A stretch of 64,000 nt of DNA from assembly GCA_011620345.1 (NCBI GenBank), contig WOZJ01000015.1, positions 112 to 64,111 on the forward strand, in the 5' to 3' direction. The notes below the pieces were generated by a model. That model made no database searches, had not been told where the DNA came from, and worked only from the letters and a program-made list of their open reading frames with translations. This DNA comes from Nitrospirota bacterium (GTDB taxonomy: Bacteria > UBA2233). Both the position numbers and the translations under genes were made by a program. Below, in pieces: positions 63,309-64,000 of the stretch; the stretch's first letter is position 1; each line of letters opens with the position of its first letter.

Positions 63309-64000
63309 ATGGCTCAAGAAAAGAACGTGGGCTTGGGCTTACACGGCTCAGAAAAGGCTCAAGGGCCAGATGGGGTCCTGACAGAACAGAAGGTTGAGGG
63401 CATGAGTTTTCTTGCAGGGCGATGGCCCCTTGAGCCTGCCAAGCCTACCTTGATCTTCCTACACGGCGCGGCCTTGAGCGGCGGCATATGGGAAGGCCAG
63501 CTCGTGGCGCTTACGGATATCGCCAACACGTTGGCCCTCGACCTTCCTGGCCACGGGAAGAGTGCAGGACCTGGCAAGGAAACGATCGAAGACTACTCCC
63601 GTTCGGTCGTGGGGTTTCTTGATCGCTTGCAAGTGCCAAGGCCCGTACCTTGCGGCTTGAGCATGGGCGGCGCTATCGTTCAGCATCTTCTTTTGAGCCA
63701 CCCCGGCCGCTTCCTTGCGGGCATCCTCGTCAACACGGGAGCGAAGCTCAAGGTGGCACCCTTGGTCTTCGAGGCGATCCAGAAAGACTTTGCTCGGTTC
63801 CCCTTGATGATCTGCAAAACTGGCCTGTCCCAAAAAAGCGGCCCGGAGGTATTTAAGAGGGTTCGGGCTTGCGTGCAATGCGTCCCCGAGGTAGCGCTTG
63901 GCGACTTCCTGGCGTGTGATCGCTTCGATGTCCGGCATGAGCTGCCGACAATCGAAGCTCCCGTTTTGGTGTTAAGCGCCTCCGAAGACGTGCTCACCCC
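63309..64000 (+). CDS. Alpha/beta-fold hydrolase, 5' part (runs off window)
   Basis: Hand translation: LIFLHGAA...W..Q, ALDLPGHGKS and nucleophile elbow GLSMGG. Not in the ORF track because no stop falls inside the window. Confidence 0.9.
   Translation, partial: MAQEKNVGLGLHGSEKAQGPDGVLTEQKVEGMSFLAGRWPLEPAKPTLIFLHGAALSGGIWEGQLVALTDIANTLALDLPGHGKSAGPGKETIEDYSRSVVGFLDRLQVPRPVPCGLSMGGAIVQHLLLSHPGRFLAGILVNTGAKLKVAPLVFEAIQKDFARFPLMICKTGLSQKSGPEVFKRVRACVQCVPEVALGDFLACDRFDVRHELPTIEAPVLVLSASEDVLT

Overview
Housekeeping-rich bacterial chromosome segment spanning the replication origin: dnaA, a DnaA-box/DUE region at ~5305-5530, then dnaN. The split F0 operon (atpZ-I-B-E without F1), mfd-surA, aroK-aroB-aroQ-efp-accB-accC and a PDZ-type GspC suggest a deltaproteobacteria-like lineage (inference). 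Also present: gltX, tRNA-Val(CAC), uvrA, LPS core/lipid A modification genes, an RsbT/RsbX-like kinase/phosphatase pair, lolA-ftsK-rnj, propionyl-CoA carboxylase with a split methylmalonyl-CoA mutase, modA-TOBE-modB-modC running straight into cofC-cofE-M16 peptidase-TPR-gspC, an ECF A/T module, adenine deaminase, a GH31 glycosidase, gltS, poxB, glnB-glnA and a NodIJ-like exporter. I found no CRISPR array, IS, integrase or prophage. The most novel-looking signals are: (1) two micro-ORFs missed by the ORF track behind a ferritin-like gene, a 47-aa (PPGQGI)n peptide with synonymous-only variation between repeats and a 40-aa secreted peptide, lying upstream of the efp operon; (2) three tandem DnaA boxes inside mfd that mimic the left edge of oriC; (3) F420-type cofC/cofE coupled to a molybdate transporter without cofD; (4) an archaeal-style GGR plus degenerate KaiC/RAD55 pair divergent from dnaA; (5) a possible AUU start on the orphan RsbT; (6) a perfect 18-bp palindrome upstream of glnB-glnA. 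All assignments come from motif recognition by eye; no database searches were run.
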